A stretch of 63,984 bases of DNA, filler included, from Octopus bimaculoides (Eukaryota), in assembly GCF_001194135.2 (NCBI RefSeq). It is 9 parts of 9 records of this genome, joined end to end, with 100 filler letters (N's around TTAATTAATTAA, not from the genome) between each part and the next. Parts side by side here need not be neighbours in the genome. Positions count along the whole stretch, not along the records: positions 1 to 22,817 come from NC_068986.1; 8 more parts are not named here. One strand, 5' to 3'. Both the position numbers and the translations under genes were made by a program. The notes beneath the pieces are model-generated. The model had not been told where the DNA came from. It made no database searches and worked only from the letters and a program-made list of their open reading frames with translations. Below are positions 1-13,400 of the stretch, piece by piece. How positions within the stretch are numbered: position 1 is the first letter of the stretch; the number at the start of each line of letters is the position of its first letter.

Positions 1-371
1 CGCATGCATATGTATAGTATAAATAAATGAAACCTTAAATTAAATTAATAAGGGGTAAAAATGTTTCAGTGAAATGAAAGAATTGAAAAGAGCTGAAAGA
101 AGAACAAAAGAAATAATAAATAAAAAAAATCAATTAAAGAAATCAAAGGGTAAAAGAAAATACAGGAAAACAACCATCGAAGAACCGAGGATGGAAACAG
201 AGGTGGGGAAACGTAAAGAAAAATATATTTAGGGTAAGAAGAGAAAGAAAATTTAAAAAATTTATTTTCTTTTGAGAAGAAAAAGCAAAAGCAGAAGAAT
301 GAGAGGAGACGCCATTTAGGAAGAAAGCAATCACGAAAAAAAGGGTTCGATTGACTACAATATTGACACAC

Positions 372-503
372 CTTAAACTGGATTAGTGAGGATCCAGTAG
401 CAACAAATGAATGTGGTCGACTCCTTTTAGGGAGCTGTGGTGGTAACGGCACTGGCAGTTTCAAAGAGCGCTGTTTATCAGGCAAAGTTGGCAACTCAGA
501 TTC
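372..503 (-). CDS. DOCK3/DOCK4: DOCK-B proline-rich tail exon: [44 protein letters not shown]; the gene continues beyond the window start
   Basis: Acceptor ctaacacactgtag|, donor AAG|gtgtgt, 132 nt, phase 0-0. Carries PxLPxK/R motifs typical of DOCK C-termini. Confidence 0.75.
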
Positions 504-626
504 CTACAGTGTGTTAGTAAATTAGAGAAGTTAGTGTGTAATATATATATATATATATATATAAATCTATATCTATCTATCTATCTATACAAATATACAT
601 ACATACATATATATATATATGTATAC

Positions 627-671
<45 letters not shown>

Positions 672-2089
672 TATATTTTCAAGATTATATATACATATGT
701 GTTAGTATATATACTCAGATAGATGGATAGAATTAACAGTTTTCACTGAGGCCATGGCAAATCTCATTCTCAATGAGAATTCTTTTTTCTTGTTTTGGTC
801 TGCTTTAACGAAGTTGGTTGAACAAGTATGGCCGTGTTTTGACAGAATACAGATGTAACATAAAGAGACAGAATAATTATGGATTAGATTTACTTTCATT
901 GACTGAGAGTGCGAAAAAGAAAACTAAACATTTATGATCTGTTAAGAAGAAAAATTAATTTGATTCTATAAGCAGTAAAAAGAAGTCTGTGCTTGGTTCT
1001 GAAACTAGGAGAGATAACAGAAGCAACAGCAGAAGAACTCAGGGTGTATAAACTATACAAGAGAGTGCCACATTGAATCATGAATAAGATGTTATTGTTA
1101 GAGAATTAAAACAAGATGAAGACACATAAAGTTATGTCTAGTAAAGAGAAATATTTAGTTGGAATTAGTGGTTCCTGTTACTTGATGGTGGAATCAATAA
1201 CCTAAAATAGAATTCAGTTTTAAAGATATTACAGAACCTTCTTCACAATAGCAAACAATACATTGTCACAAACTTAAATAGTTATATACATACAACATCA
1301 AACGGACTGTCTTTTACAGTTATTGACCAGTGGCTTCCGGTGCGAAACAGAAGTAGCCATATACAATACATTGTGACACCTGGTATAAATACCTGGTATT
1401 TGGTAAGATTTTGCCCATTAATCCAATTTATTTATATGAAATGTTGAGTAGAAAACAAATGAGAAGACAACTAGACAATAAAGACATGAGTTGATGTATG
1501 GTGGTTAAATGCAGTCAGGGTTTAATATTAATGTTTTAATCAATCAATCATAAATATCATCATCATCATCATTTAATGCCTGTTGTCCATGCTGGCATGG
1601 GTTGGACAGTTTGACCAGGGCTGGGAAGCTTAGGGGTTGCATCAAACTCTAGTCTGAGTTGGCATGGTTTCTACAGATGGATGCCTTTCCTAACAACAAC
1701 CATTCCAAGGGTGTAATGGGTGCTTTCACATGCAACTGGCATGGGTGCCAGTTGTGTAACACCAGTGTCTGCCATAACTATGATTTCAATTGGCTTGATG
1801 GGTCTTCTTCTCAAGCATGACATAATGCCAAAGGTCTCGGTCATTTGTCATTGCCTCCATGAGGCCCAATGTTCATAAGATGCTTTTTACATGCCACTGG
1901 CACAGGTGTTAGTTATGCAACAATGGCATTGGCCAAATTGTCTCTGTGACGCCCAACTCTTGAAAGGTGCTTTTTACATGCCACCAGCACAGGTGCCAGT
2001 TATATGACACCGATAATGGCCACAACTATAATTTCACTTGGCTTCACACATACACACACACATGTAAAGGACTGATGAAAATAATAATA

Positions 2090-2345
2090 TTCAAAATGAG
2101 ATGATTCAAGAATGGAGTGGACGATGTGATCGCAGAATACTAAAAGCACAATGGATACATTGCCAGATTCACAGACAACAGGTGGACCTGTGCAGTTGCC
2201 CAGTGGTATCCAAGAGATGGAAAAAGGCCATTTGGAAGGCCTCCATGATGGTGAGAAGACAATTTAGTTAAGCAATTTCGGTCAAGATGGAAAAGAATGG
2301 CGCAATCAACACAGAATTGGAAGTGCATTGTGGCCAGCAGTGTTT
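2090..2345 (+). mobile_element. RTE-like LINE 3' ORF2 fragment, degenerate
   Basis: Translates W.GYIARFTDNRWTCAVAQWYPRDGKRPFGRPP*W, matching the RTE C-terminal WAGHVAR..DNRW...W.PR..KR..GRP motif. Confidence 0.7.
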
Positions 2346-2373
2346 AACATCATCTGATGGTCTGGTCAATGCT

Positions 2374-2411
<38 letters not shown>

Positions 2412-3663
2412 NNNNNNNNNNNNNNNNNNNNNNNNNNNNNNNNNNNNNNNNNNNNNNNNNNNNNNNNNNNNNNNNNNNNNNNNNNNNNNNNNNNNNNNNN
2501 NNNNNNNNNNNNNNNNNNNNNNNNNNNNNNNNNNNNNNNNNNNNNNNNNNNNNNNNNNNNNNNNNNNNNNNNNNNNNNNNNNNNNNNNNNNNNNNNNNNN
2601 NNNNNNNNNNNNNNNNNNNNNNNNNNNNNNNNNNNNNNNNNNNNNNNNNNNNNNNNNNNNNNNNNNNNNNNNNNNNNNNNNNNNNNNNNNNNNNNNNNNN
2701 NNNNNNNNNNNNNNNNNNNNNNNNNNNNNNNNNNNNNNNNNNNNNNNNNNNNNNNNNNNNNNNNNNNNNNNNNNNNNNNNNNNNNNNNNNNNNNNNNNNN
2801 NNNNNNNNNNNNNNNNNNNNATATATATATATATATATATATATATATACGACGGGCTTCTTCCAGTTTCTGTCTACCAAATCCACTGACAAAGCTTTGG
2901 TCAGCCCGAGGCTATAGTAGAAGACACTTGCTCAAGGTGTCACACAGTGATTGAATCCAGAACGAAGCAAACTTCTTGCCACACAGTCACACCTGTACAT
3001 ATATTACAGTTGTGGAAACATTATGTAAACTTGCTCTTCCCCTCATCAGTGTTGCACTGGTGTGGAGTGTGGAACCCAATTTTTTACATATATAAACACA
3101 CACACACACACACAATCATCATCATCCTTATCATTCAATGTCCATATTCCATGCTGACATGGGTTGGATGGTTTGACAGGATCCAACAAACCCAATGGCT
3201 ACATCATCCTCCAACATCTATTTCGACCTGGCCCTTCCTAGTGCCAACCACTTTACAGTGGGTAGAGGGTGCTTTCATATCTGCCACCAGCATCAGAAAG
3301 GTGACCATGCAGCTTGGAAGACAACTGACCGCAAGAGTCTGTGCCTTTGTGCCAGGAGTTAAAGTACAAGAAGGCACCAAAGCAGAACAGGTTTCTTCCT
3401 GTAAAGGAGCTGCTGTTACTCACACGTGTGTGTGTGCGCGCGCACGCGTGAGTGTGCGTGCATGTGTGGAAAACAGACGGGGTGAATGACACTAATGAGC
3501 AGAAAGAGAATTGTTAGTAAGTTTTCTTAATGATTAATTATAAGCAATACTTCAACGAGTCTAAAGAAATGAAATGTTTGCATAAACAATAATAATAATA
3601 ATAATAACAACAACAACAAGGATTGTGATGATGATAATAATGGTAGTAGTAGTAATAATAATA

Positions 3664-3715
<52 letters not shown>

Positions 3716-4145
3716 ATTACTCAATAATATACAAAACAACATGAATTAACAGAAAATATCAATTTGCTGAGAAGAATTAATAGCAGAGTGGTTCTGAAGA
3801 AAAGAGTCTACAAATAACACACAATAATTCTTGGAAGTCTGGAAGGAAAAAATGGTCAATATTCTGAAATAAACAGTTCTTGTAAATTATAGAGGGGGGT
3901 GGGGGTGAGGACAAGAATGTGCTCTCATGTGGCCGAGATGAAAATGCAACAAATTTAAACATGTCTCTACATGTATTAATGGCATCTATCTCTACATGTA
4001 GTAATAATGGCAACCTCCCCATGTGATGTATGATCATATTTATTCAGGATGAGTAAAAATTAGAACAGTTTACTGTGCATAATTAAGAAAAAATAAATTG
4101 CTGTAATTAAAATTTTCTTGGCAAATTATCTTCCTTTAACGAATC

Positions 4146-4521
4146 TTTTGCTTGTTTCAGTCATTAAACTGTGGCCAAGCTGGGGCAATGTTTTTTTAAG
4201 AATTTTAAGTCGAGTGAATCAACCTCACTAATTATATTGTCTTTGTAAAGCCTGGTACTTATTCTATCAGCCTCTTTGTTGAACTGCTAAGTCACAGAGT
4301 TGTAAACACACCAACACAGGTTGTCAAGCAGTGGTGAGGGACAAACACAGACACAAAGACACACAGACAGATATATCCACTCAAGGCTTTAGTCAGCCCA
4401 AGGCTTTAGTCAGCCCAAGGCTTTAGTCAGCCCAAGGCTATAGTAAATGACACTTGTCCAAGGTGCCTCGTAGTGGGACTGAACCTGGAACCATGTGATT
4501 GGGAAGCAAGCATCTTACCAC
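4146..4521 (-). mobile_element. tRNA-derived SINE family A, long copy with an internal 17-bp triplication. Other copies: 2849-2995(-), 11558-11930(-), 18435-18582(-), 19431-19806(+), 38812-39189(-), 46398-46535(+)
   Basis: Shared head GTGGCTGTGTGGTAAGAAGCTTGCTTCCCAACCACATGGTTCCGGGTTCAGTCCCAC (A/B-box-like) recurs across the copies. Confidence 0.85.
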
Positions 4522-4830
4522 TTGATGGATGAAGTCTTTATTCATTTTCTTTTTTTTTCATTTTGATTGATTGAAAAACATTAGCATTTGTATACATTTA
4601 TCAATTAATTCTAAGTTTTATTGTCTTCTTTATTAGCATATATAATTTTTAACAGGGGAACTTAAAGTAGATTAGGCTATAAATAATANNNNNNNNNNNN
4701 NNNNNNNNNNNNNNNNNNNNNNNNNNNNNNNNNNNNNNNNNNNNNNNNNNNNNNNNNNNNNNNNNNNNNNNNNNNNNNNNNNNNNNNNNNNNNNNNNNNN
4801 NNNNNNNNNNNNNNNNNNNNNNNNNNNNNN

Positions 4831-4862
<32 letters not shown>

Positions 4863-5443
4863 AAGTTAATAAAAGTTTGTTATCAGCAACAAATTGATCA
4901 TTATCCCTTACAGCTGTTTCAATTATACACCATCCCTTCATGATGCTAATAAAAACCTGTAACTGAATTATATATATATGTATATACACACACACATTAT
5001 ATATACATGCACACACACACACATATATACACACCTTTTTGATGTGAGAACCCTTTATTGCAAACAATTTTCTAACATAAACATCTTTGCCAATTATCTT
5101 CAACACATGGCAACAGAAGAAATCGGATGATGTGAAATTGTCTTAGAGATAGTGCATGTGTGCACGCACACACACACAGCTTGAATTCAGTGCCATCAAT
5201 GTTCACACTATTTATTCTACCATTATCAAGTAGCATTTGCTAGCTTTGAATGTGTATTTGTAGTGTGGGCAGACATCAAAGAATTTACCAACCCCTCTGA
5301 TGCTCACATCCATTCTTTATAGATCAATGTGAAGGGTTACATGAATTTCTAGTGCAAATAAGTAATGCAGGGGATTCTTTACTGTCTATTGCATGTGTAT
5401 GTATACGTGGGCAGGAGATGGCAAGTGCATTGCTCAATCCTAC

Positions 5444-5491
5444 CTTCTCAGTAGAAAGGAAAACTTCTACACAAGACAGAGACTGTCTTTT
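5444..5491 (-). CDS. Candidate short DOCK tail exon: KRQSLSCVEVFLSTEK
   Basis: Strong acceptor tctttgtttttccag|, donor AAG|gtagga, 48 nt, phase 0-0, so it fits the chain. No homology recognised. Confidence 0.45.
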
Positions 5492-5616
5492 CTGGAAAAA
5501 CAAAGACAACAGAGACAGCATTTTGAGAGAAGTGTCCCAAAGATTTTTCAAACATGGTTCTATTCAAAAAGGGAGAATTGGAACAGCTGACTATAGCTCC
5601 CTACTTATTGTTATTG

Positions 5617-5660
<44 letters not shown>

Positions 5661-7660
5661 ATGCACTTCTATTTTATGTTGAAGTTTCTACATAAATACA
5701 GGAAAAGCAGTTCTATTGACACATTTCTTTATCAACAGACTGGAGCAGTAGACAAAGTGCTTTAAAGTATTCAGTTGTGTCCCTAATATCAGAAGAAGCA
5801 GAGTAATGAAACACGGAGGTTTCAGAGCCTGCCATTCGGGTGAGAGTCACTACTAGCTTCTGTTTAGGATGTGGTCTTGGATTTTTGTGTATATATCATC
5901 ATCATAATTTAACATCCATGGCACTTTGTAAAAATCATTGGTGCTGGTGCCATGCTAAAAGTACCCAAGCTGGTACTGTGTTAAATAAAAACCTCAAGCT
6001 GGTGCCACATAAAAAGCATCCAGTACACTTTGTAAAGTGGTTGGCAATAGGAAGGACATCCAGCTGTAGAGACCATGCCAGAATAATTGGAGTCTGGTGC
6101 AGCTCTCTAGCTTGCCAGTTCTTGTCAAACCATGTGATCACAGAGCAAACTTTTTAACCACGCAACCATTTATACACAATGGATGTGTTAAAGAATAAAG
6201 CTGTGATGTCTGACAAAAGTGTGAAGATATCAAAATGTGTTGGAGTAATTAATTGTATGAGGTTTAGGAAACTGTAACTACAACAGCAATTTCAGACGTA
6301 TATCTAATTTAATCTGTGCTGTATAAAGGACTTTATTTGAGAACATTGTGTGAATATATGAGGTAGTTTATTAACTAATCTATGGATTTACATATGAGAG
6401 TTGTCATACTTGTGTAGCTTTAGTCAGCCTGACTCCTATACAGAAATAACCGACAAAATTGCTTAAGAGTAACCAAAACATCAAACATATGGACAGATCT
6501 AGGATAACATTACACACTTTGACATGCAGGCTTTTTTTTCTCTTTTTTTGATAGTGCAATACAAATATATATATATATATATAAATACACAAATGTTTAC
6601 TATTTTCCATGCCAAAACTTAAACTCAGATTAGTTTAACAAAATTTATGTTATACTTTAAAAGGAAGAATTTCAAGAAAATAAGGAAAAAGATAATGAGA
6701 TGATATCATCTTGGAACGTGGTGTGTTTCAGTTAATTAATTAGTTAATTAGAAAGAGAGAAAGAGTGACAGGGCGAGGGGGATACATATTGTGTGTGTGG
6801 TGAAAAAAAGAGGTAGAGTGAGACAGACAGAGAGGAAAATAATAGAGAGAAAGATGGATGGATAGAGAGATAGAATGAAAGGAATTAAGGAAAGACGGGG
6901 AGGTGTGTCATGAAACGAAAGTGATGTTGTGTGGGTGTGAGTGAGTGTTTATGCATGAGAAAGAGAGAGGGAAGGAGAGAGAGAGAGAGAGATGAACACC
7001 TGGGATATCTAAACTACCAACAGCATTATTACTACAAGAGATTTTATACACTAACGAGATAGATTCATTGACCTAATTGTTGTATTGATGAGTCTATCTA
7101 CACTACAATTCAGCTAAATAAATTCTTCAACCTTCTTCNNNNNNNNNNNNNNNNNNNNNNNNNNNNNNNNNNNNNNNNNNNNNNNNNNNNNNNNNNNNNN
7201 NNNNNNNNNNNNNNNNNNNNNNNNNNNNNNNNNNNNNAAGGTCTGGTTGATAGTAATAAATAAATAAAAAGAAAATATAAAGATAATATTATTATTAATA
7301 TATAAAGAATATTTCATTAATAATGAACAATACTGAAATTTTTTATCTAATTAGGAAGAAAAAAGATATTAAATGAATGAATAAAATTATTAAAATTTAA
7401 ATTAATATAAGATCTGCTTTATAACAAGAAAGGAAGCGAGATTGTGTGGCATTTATGTCATTTAAAGCATATATGGTAATATATGTTGATATATGTTAAT
7501 ATATGTTGGTGTGAAGTGGTTTCAATCAAAAATTGAAATCAGGTCTTTGACATTGCTCTCTTGGAGCTTATTTCTTGCACCATGGCACTCGTTACAAATT
7601 GGAAAACAAAAAAAAACAATAAAGAAGAAATATGAATGACATTAATAAACAAGAAATACA

Positions 7661-7696
<36 letters not shown>

Positions 7697-9084
7697 AACA
7701 CACACATACATACATACATACATGTACGCTCACACACACACCTTTATACATAAGTAATAGAAAAAAGATACATAATTCCACATGCAAACTAACATATAAA
7801 TATTGAAAATTGAAGACACTTCTTTTATCCACTGCTATTACAAGGAGATATGCCTGATATATTGGAATACATACTATATTCATTTGTATATAATATACCC
7901 TCGTATACAATTGGTATATAATAATATGTCCTTATATATAATATGCTGCACAAATTGAGGGTCATGAAATTTCAAACAAAAAATAAAATCTCATGTATAA
8001 TACGCACAGACTTTCCTTATTGATATGATGTACAGAAAAAATGTTTAGTCAAATTTATTATAATTGCTGTCTAAAACACATTGGAAAAGTTCACACATTT
8101 CCAAAAGAAAAATTGAAAAGTGACTTTTTAGAATTAGACTGTAAAACTGTACTTGCTGTAAAGTCAGCTGATAGAGAAGGCTATAAAACCATAATGGAAA
8201 AATGTTAAGCACTTTTGTTACACTTCTGTTTAAATACTTTCATTCATATAGTTCTGGTATATAAATAAGTGTACTTAACATTTATAAGTTTAAAAATGAG
8301 GTGAATGGGGTGCGTATTATACTCAAATAAATATGGTAAAAGTTTTAACATAGTAAAATGGTTAAGTGATCCCTTTTCCAGGCCCATGAAAATTTAATGG
8401 CACCAAATGACACAAATCGGTATTGCTGTAAGAGTATCAGGAAAAATACCTTGTGGTATTTATTCTAATACTTTGAGCTTTTAGTTCAAATTCAGCAGTG
8501 ATAAATAAGGGACCACTCCTGTGCAATTGTTTGGATGAATTGTTAATGTGTCAGGTGAGAACACCTTGCGGGATCAGTTTCAACTCTTAGTATTCAGAGT
8601 TTAAATACCCGCAAGGGGTTCAAATCCTGATGAAGGCCTGGATTAAGCTTTTGACCTCAGGAACACAATTGATAATGAAAGCTGCAACAGGCAGAGGAAG
8701 GTTTGTACAAGTCTGAATGTTACAGTTGAACAACAACAATGATAATGATGATGATGATGATGGCACCTTTTTGTGGTACTTATTTAAAAAGAGGATGAAC
8801 TGTGTCTTAACAACAGACACAACCCTAATACCAATGAAGTGATATGAACTTTCAAAAGGCAGGAAAAGAGAAGCTTAATTTGACTCATAGTTTTATACAT
8901 ACTTTACCAAATATAGTGGGTTTTTTTTTTTTTCAAAATAAATATTTTAGGAAAAATACATTTCTAATGTTACGAGGAGTTTAAGTGATAAAGTCACAAG
9001 GAGTTCAATAATACCAAACAGATGAGAAACAAAACTCTCTTCATATCATACCAATTGATTGTGGTAACATTGTTATTCTTCAGT

Positions 9085-9480
9085 CTGGTGAATGGAAGCT
9101 ATGTACTGGAATTGTAACAGACAGCTTCGTCTCCGGCCTCGCCCTGGTGAATGTTTTACCTTTCACCTTAAAAGGAAGGTGGGGCTGGAAAGGAGGTGCC
9201 TGTCAGAGCATGTGTCCAATAAACGATGGACGCATGTGGCATGTATGTTGGGAGTGAAAGGCCCTGCGTGAACACATCAGAAAGATTACCAGGGCTTGTG
9301 GGGTCGGAGCTGACCTGTTTTTAATGCTTCATTGTGTTATTTTTGTATGTGTAAATGTTTTTTGTGTTTCATTCATTAATCATCTGTCGTAAATTTTTAA
9401 ACCCATACAAATGTATATGACCCCCATTCATATTGTGTTGTCTCCCTCTTTGTGCACATGTATGGACGATAATAAAACCA
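9085..9480 (+). mobile_element. Tx1-like (L1 group) non-LTR 3' end relic
   Basis: TDSFVSGLALVNVL/FHLKRKVGLERRCLSEHVSNKRWTHVACMLGV aligns by eye to the element at 57190-58090. Confidence 0.7.
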
Positions 9481-12400
9481 TGGTCTCCAGATTGATAGTT
9501 TAATATCTTACACACACACACAGCTTCTTATCTTGTCATGTTGAATAGTCTAAGCTAAATGTTTTCTACTTCATCTGCAATATGAACTCTTTAAAACTGA
9601 GCAAGATTATATTGTTGTTTAACCCCAGGTCAACTTTGCTTTCAATCATAGGTTTGCTTGATCAATCCAGTTATGATCATTCTGTTTTTTTTTTCTTCTC
9701 TACATCTGGACTACATTAATGATAAGGTACCATTTCAGGGAGATTTGGCTGCTAATTTTAGCAAGTCGAGGTTCTCATATTGATTTACACAAAGAAAGAT
9801 AGTTTATCTAACAGTGAATGACTGTACATGTGGAGTTATCATTAGAATAGGCATGACAACCACTACATGTGGGTAAAAGCACACTGCAACAACTGCTGGA
9901 CTCTATCGAACATTACCAGACTGAAATAATGTAGAATAAAGGTTCTTTCCAGGTTCAACCCGTAGATTTGAACCTGTAACCTCTGCATTTCAAGTTTATA
10001 ACACTTTCAACCCTTTTGATACCAACCGAACCCAAGATCAGCCCTGGATCTATAATTTCCAGTTTTAAAATGACCTAAAAACATTCCATCAAAATTTATG
10101 TTCCAAACACCAGCTTTAATAACAACTAAATTATTTTACTAAATTCTTCAAAATTAATTGAAATTACAGGAAGTGTATTTCAACAGAAAAATGGTAACAA
10201 AAGGATTAAAAGAGTATTTATTTAGGGCTGGATAAATTCCAGTGTGATTGCTATAGGTCAGCCTTGAATAAGCAATTCTTTGATCAAAAGTGTTCCAACA
10301 ATGACCACCCCATCCCATTACTCAAGCACCCATGACCACATTATCGAATGTGGTCATCTTTTTTCAAGAGGGAGGTTGGTTGCTATTTCTAAAGCAAATA
10401 AATGCATAGAGTTCCCCTCATTGATTGTCAGTGGACGCAAGAGCATATTATAATCTATGTCAACAAAGCCACTACAGTCTCCATTTATAAGACAAACTAC
10501 TGACAATATCAGTAAGAACAACATTGAATCTTCACACACGTGTACAGACTGTCACTACTTCAAGGCAAACTATCATATATATAAAATGAAGAATGGAGTA
10601 TGTGGTGTTACATTTATTCCATGGTTTACAATTGTTTCATCAACATGCAGGTGACTAATCAAACATCATGTCTATAGACGTAGATGATAACAGTGATTTA
10701 GTCATGTGCATTATGTGATTTATATCACATAGTAGCTAGCGTGGTCATTTAATTATAACCAAAAGGAAAAATATAATACCTATAACACTTCTTCACTTAT
10801 TATATATATATATATATCACAACTTTACAAAAGAATACAACCAAGATAGGTAAGAGGGGAGGATCACAAAGTGACTAAAGGATTAAACCAGTAGGTTTGT
10901 TCATGCATATGTGTACCTGTAAGTGCAAAGAGGACTGACAGTTGTAACTATAGTCAAAACTGAATCACACCTACAGTAATAACATCATGTTTGGGAAGCA
11001 ATAATTATGAAAATTTCAGTCATCTAAAAAACAAAAACAAAAAAAACAACAACCTGGAAGGACCTAGGAAGACAAATTGGTGCAGTGAAGAAACAAAATA
11101 CCAAAAACTAAGAGGAAGAAATCTAAATATGGAATTGGAAGCCAAGACATCAACACAACAAAAGGTTCATGATGGAGAATTGACAAAGAATAAGAAAATG
11201 AGTATTGTTCTGAAATATACCAACCACAGACAGGCTGACATGCGAATGAGATTTGGCAACAGTTTTCTGAAGAACAAAGAAAAACATGCAGGCATGTCAA
11301 TGAAAGAGAAATAAAGGAATGAGACATTTCCTCAGAAGTTTAAATTCAATAGACATCTCTATATATATGGGGAACAGCCTCTTTTATGTATGTTTCATTA
11401 AATACTCAACTATATCAAAGTTTTATATTCTTTATTTCATATTTTATGCTATATTTTTCATATTTTCTTGTTAGCTTTTTTTACAGTTGGCTTGGAATGG
11501 TAGACTTCTGATGTCTTTAGACCTTCATAGTTGTAATTCATTTTTCATCTTTCATCTTTCACTTGTTTCAATCATTAGACTGCAGCCATGCTGGAGTACT
11601 ATCGAGACATTTTTAGTCAAATGAATCAACCCAAGTAGTTATTTTTTTAAAAGCCTGGTAATTATTCTATCAATCACTTTTGCCGAACCACTAAGTTATG
11701 GGAACATAAACACACCAACACTAGTTGTCAAGCTGTCATGGGGGACAAACACTGACACACACATATAAATATATATGACGGCCTTCTTTCAGTCTCTGTC
11801 TGCCAAATCCACAAGGTTTTGGTCAGTCCAAGGTGATAGAAGAAGACACTTGGCCAAGGTGTCACACAGTGGAACTGAACCTGGAACCATGTGGTTGGGA
11901 AGCGAGCTTCTTAGCACACAGCCATACCTGCACCTTCATTTCTTGATAATGAAACTATGAAAATCGAGAAATGTTGGATATGGATTTAGGAACTCTACCG
12001 TTCCAAAGCAACTATAAAAAGCTAACAAGAAAACGTGAAAAATATAAAATAAAGAAGATAAAACTTGAATAGAGTCAAGTATTTAAAGAGACAAATATTT
12101 CTCAATTACCAAATCATTTTTTAATAGTTGCATATAAATTTGTTTTTATATTGCCCCTACTCATAAAACTCCTTCAAGCTATCACCTTGACTAAATAAAC
12201 AACATAACCTTAAACATCTTGATGATGTCTGCTGCAATGATAAAATTGATGAGAGCAATCTTTGAAAAGTAACATGAAAATATAAAATGGTTTCTACTGG
12301 TTCTCATCTCATTATAAACTTCAAAATATCTAATACCATAAATATTTTGAAATCAATGAAATCCAAACAATCTCACAGCCATCTCTGTTATATTTCATAC

Positions 12401-13119
12401 CTCCATTACTGAAAAATTCCTCTTCTTAATTCTTAATTCATTGTTATCCCCCTTACACAATTAGTATTTCTTCTCCACTCCACCCCAACCATACCCAACC
12501 ACTTTCCTTCTAAAATGTGAATAACCATGTGGTCCCTTCACAGCAAGAAACCGGTTCTACTTCAGCTCTTCTCTCATACTTTAACTGCTTATCTCCTAGC
12601 ATAAAGACACAAAGACCCAGCAATCCTTTAGGGTTCATAATCTTGCAAGTTGCATGATGACCTCACTAATGCTGGTGCCATGCAAAAAGCCCCCAGCACA
12701 TGCTGTAGAATAGTTAGCCTTAGGAAGGGCATCTAGCCATTCCAACCATGCCAAAGTAGACACTAGAGCATAATGCAGTCCTTGGGCCCATCAGATCCTG
12801 TCGTTCTGTCCACCCTATGCCAATATGGAATATGGATGCTCAACAATGAAATCTCCAACATATTTTTCTAATTTTTACTTATGTACATTCAATTTTACCC
12901 TGTATGTCTAATTTCTACACCCATTTATTTATTTGTATTGTATTTTTTAAAAATATTTTTTCTGCATTTATATTTAATACCCAAACCCTTTATGAATCTC
13001 TTCTGCCAATGATTTTCAAAAAGTTTTGGTTTTATATTATTCAATGGTTTTTCAGCCTTCAATCAAACTTAGGGAATTCATTTGTTTTCTTCATGTTTTG
13101 CTAGATATTCCAATAAAGG

Positions 13120-13400
13120 CACATGGCTTAGCGGTAGGGATATTTGGCTTACAATTGTAAGGTCATAGGTTCAACTCCCAGTGGTACATTGTGTCCTTGA
13201 GCAAGACATTTTATTTCATGTTGCTCTGGTCCACTCAGCTGGGAAAAGTTGTACCTGTAATACAAAGGGAGCCAGCCTTGTCATACTGAATCTCTCTGAG
13301 AACCAAGTTAAAGGTGCACATGTCTGTGGAATGCTCAGCCACTTGCACGTTAATTTCATGAGCAGCCTGTTCCGTTGATTGGATCAACTGGAACCCTGGT
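13120..13400 (+). mobile_element. tRNA-derived SINE family D. Other copies: 20460-20920(-, internal duplication), 47717-47870(+), 47964-48050(+), 63060-63290(-)
   Basis: Shared tRNA-like head (GGCTTAGTGGT...GGTTCAA.TCC) followed by TTGTGTCCTTGAGCAAGACA.TT.ATTTCA..TTGCTC..GTCCACTCAGCTGG. Confidence 0.75.

Noticed and set aside
9150-9314. Minus-strand frames VSSDPTSPGNLSD... and APPFQPHLPFK... as DOCK tail exons
   Set aside because: The VSSD acceptor lacks a pyrimidine tract, and the plus strand is homologous to the Tx1 3' end at 57640-57790.
13120-13200. tRNA-like sequences (here and at SINE heads)
   Set aside because: They are SINE 5' domains without a full cloverleaf or anticodon arm, not tRNA genes.
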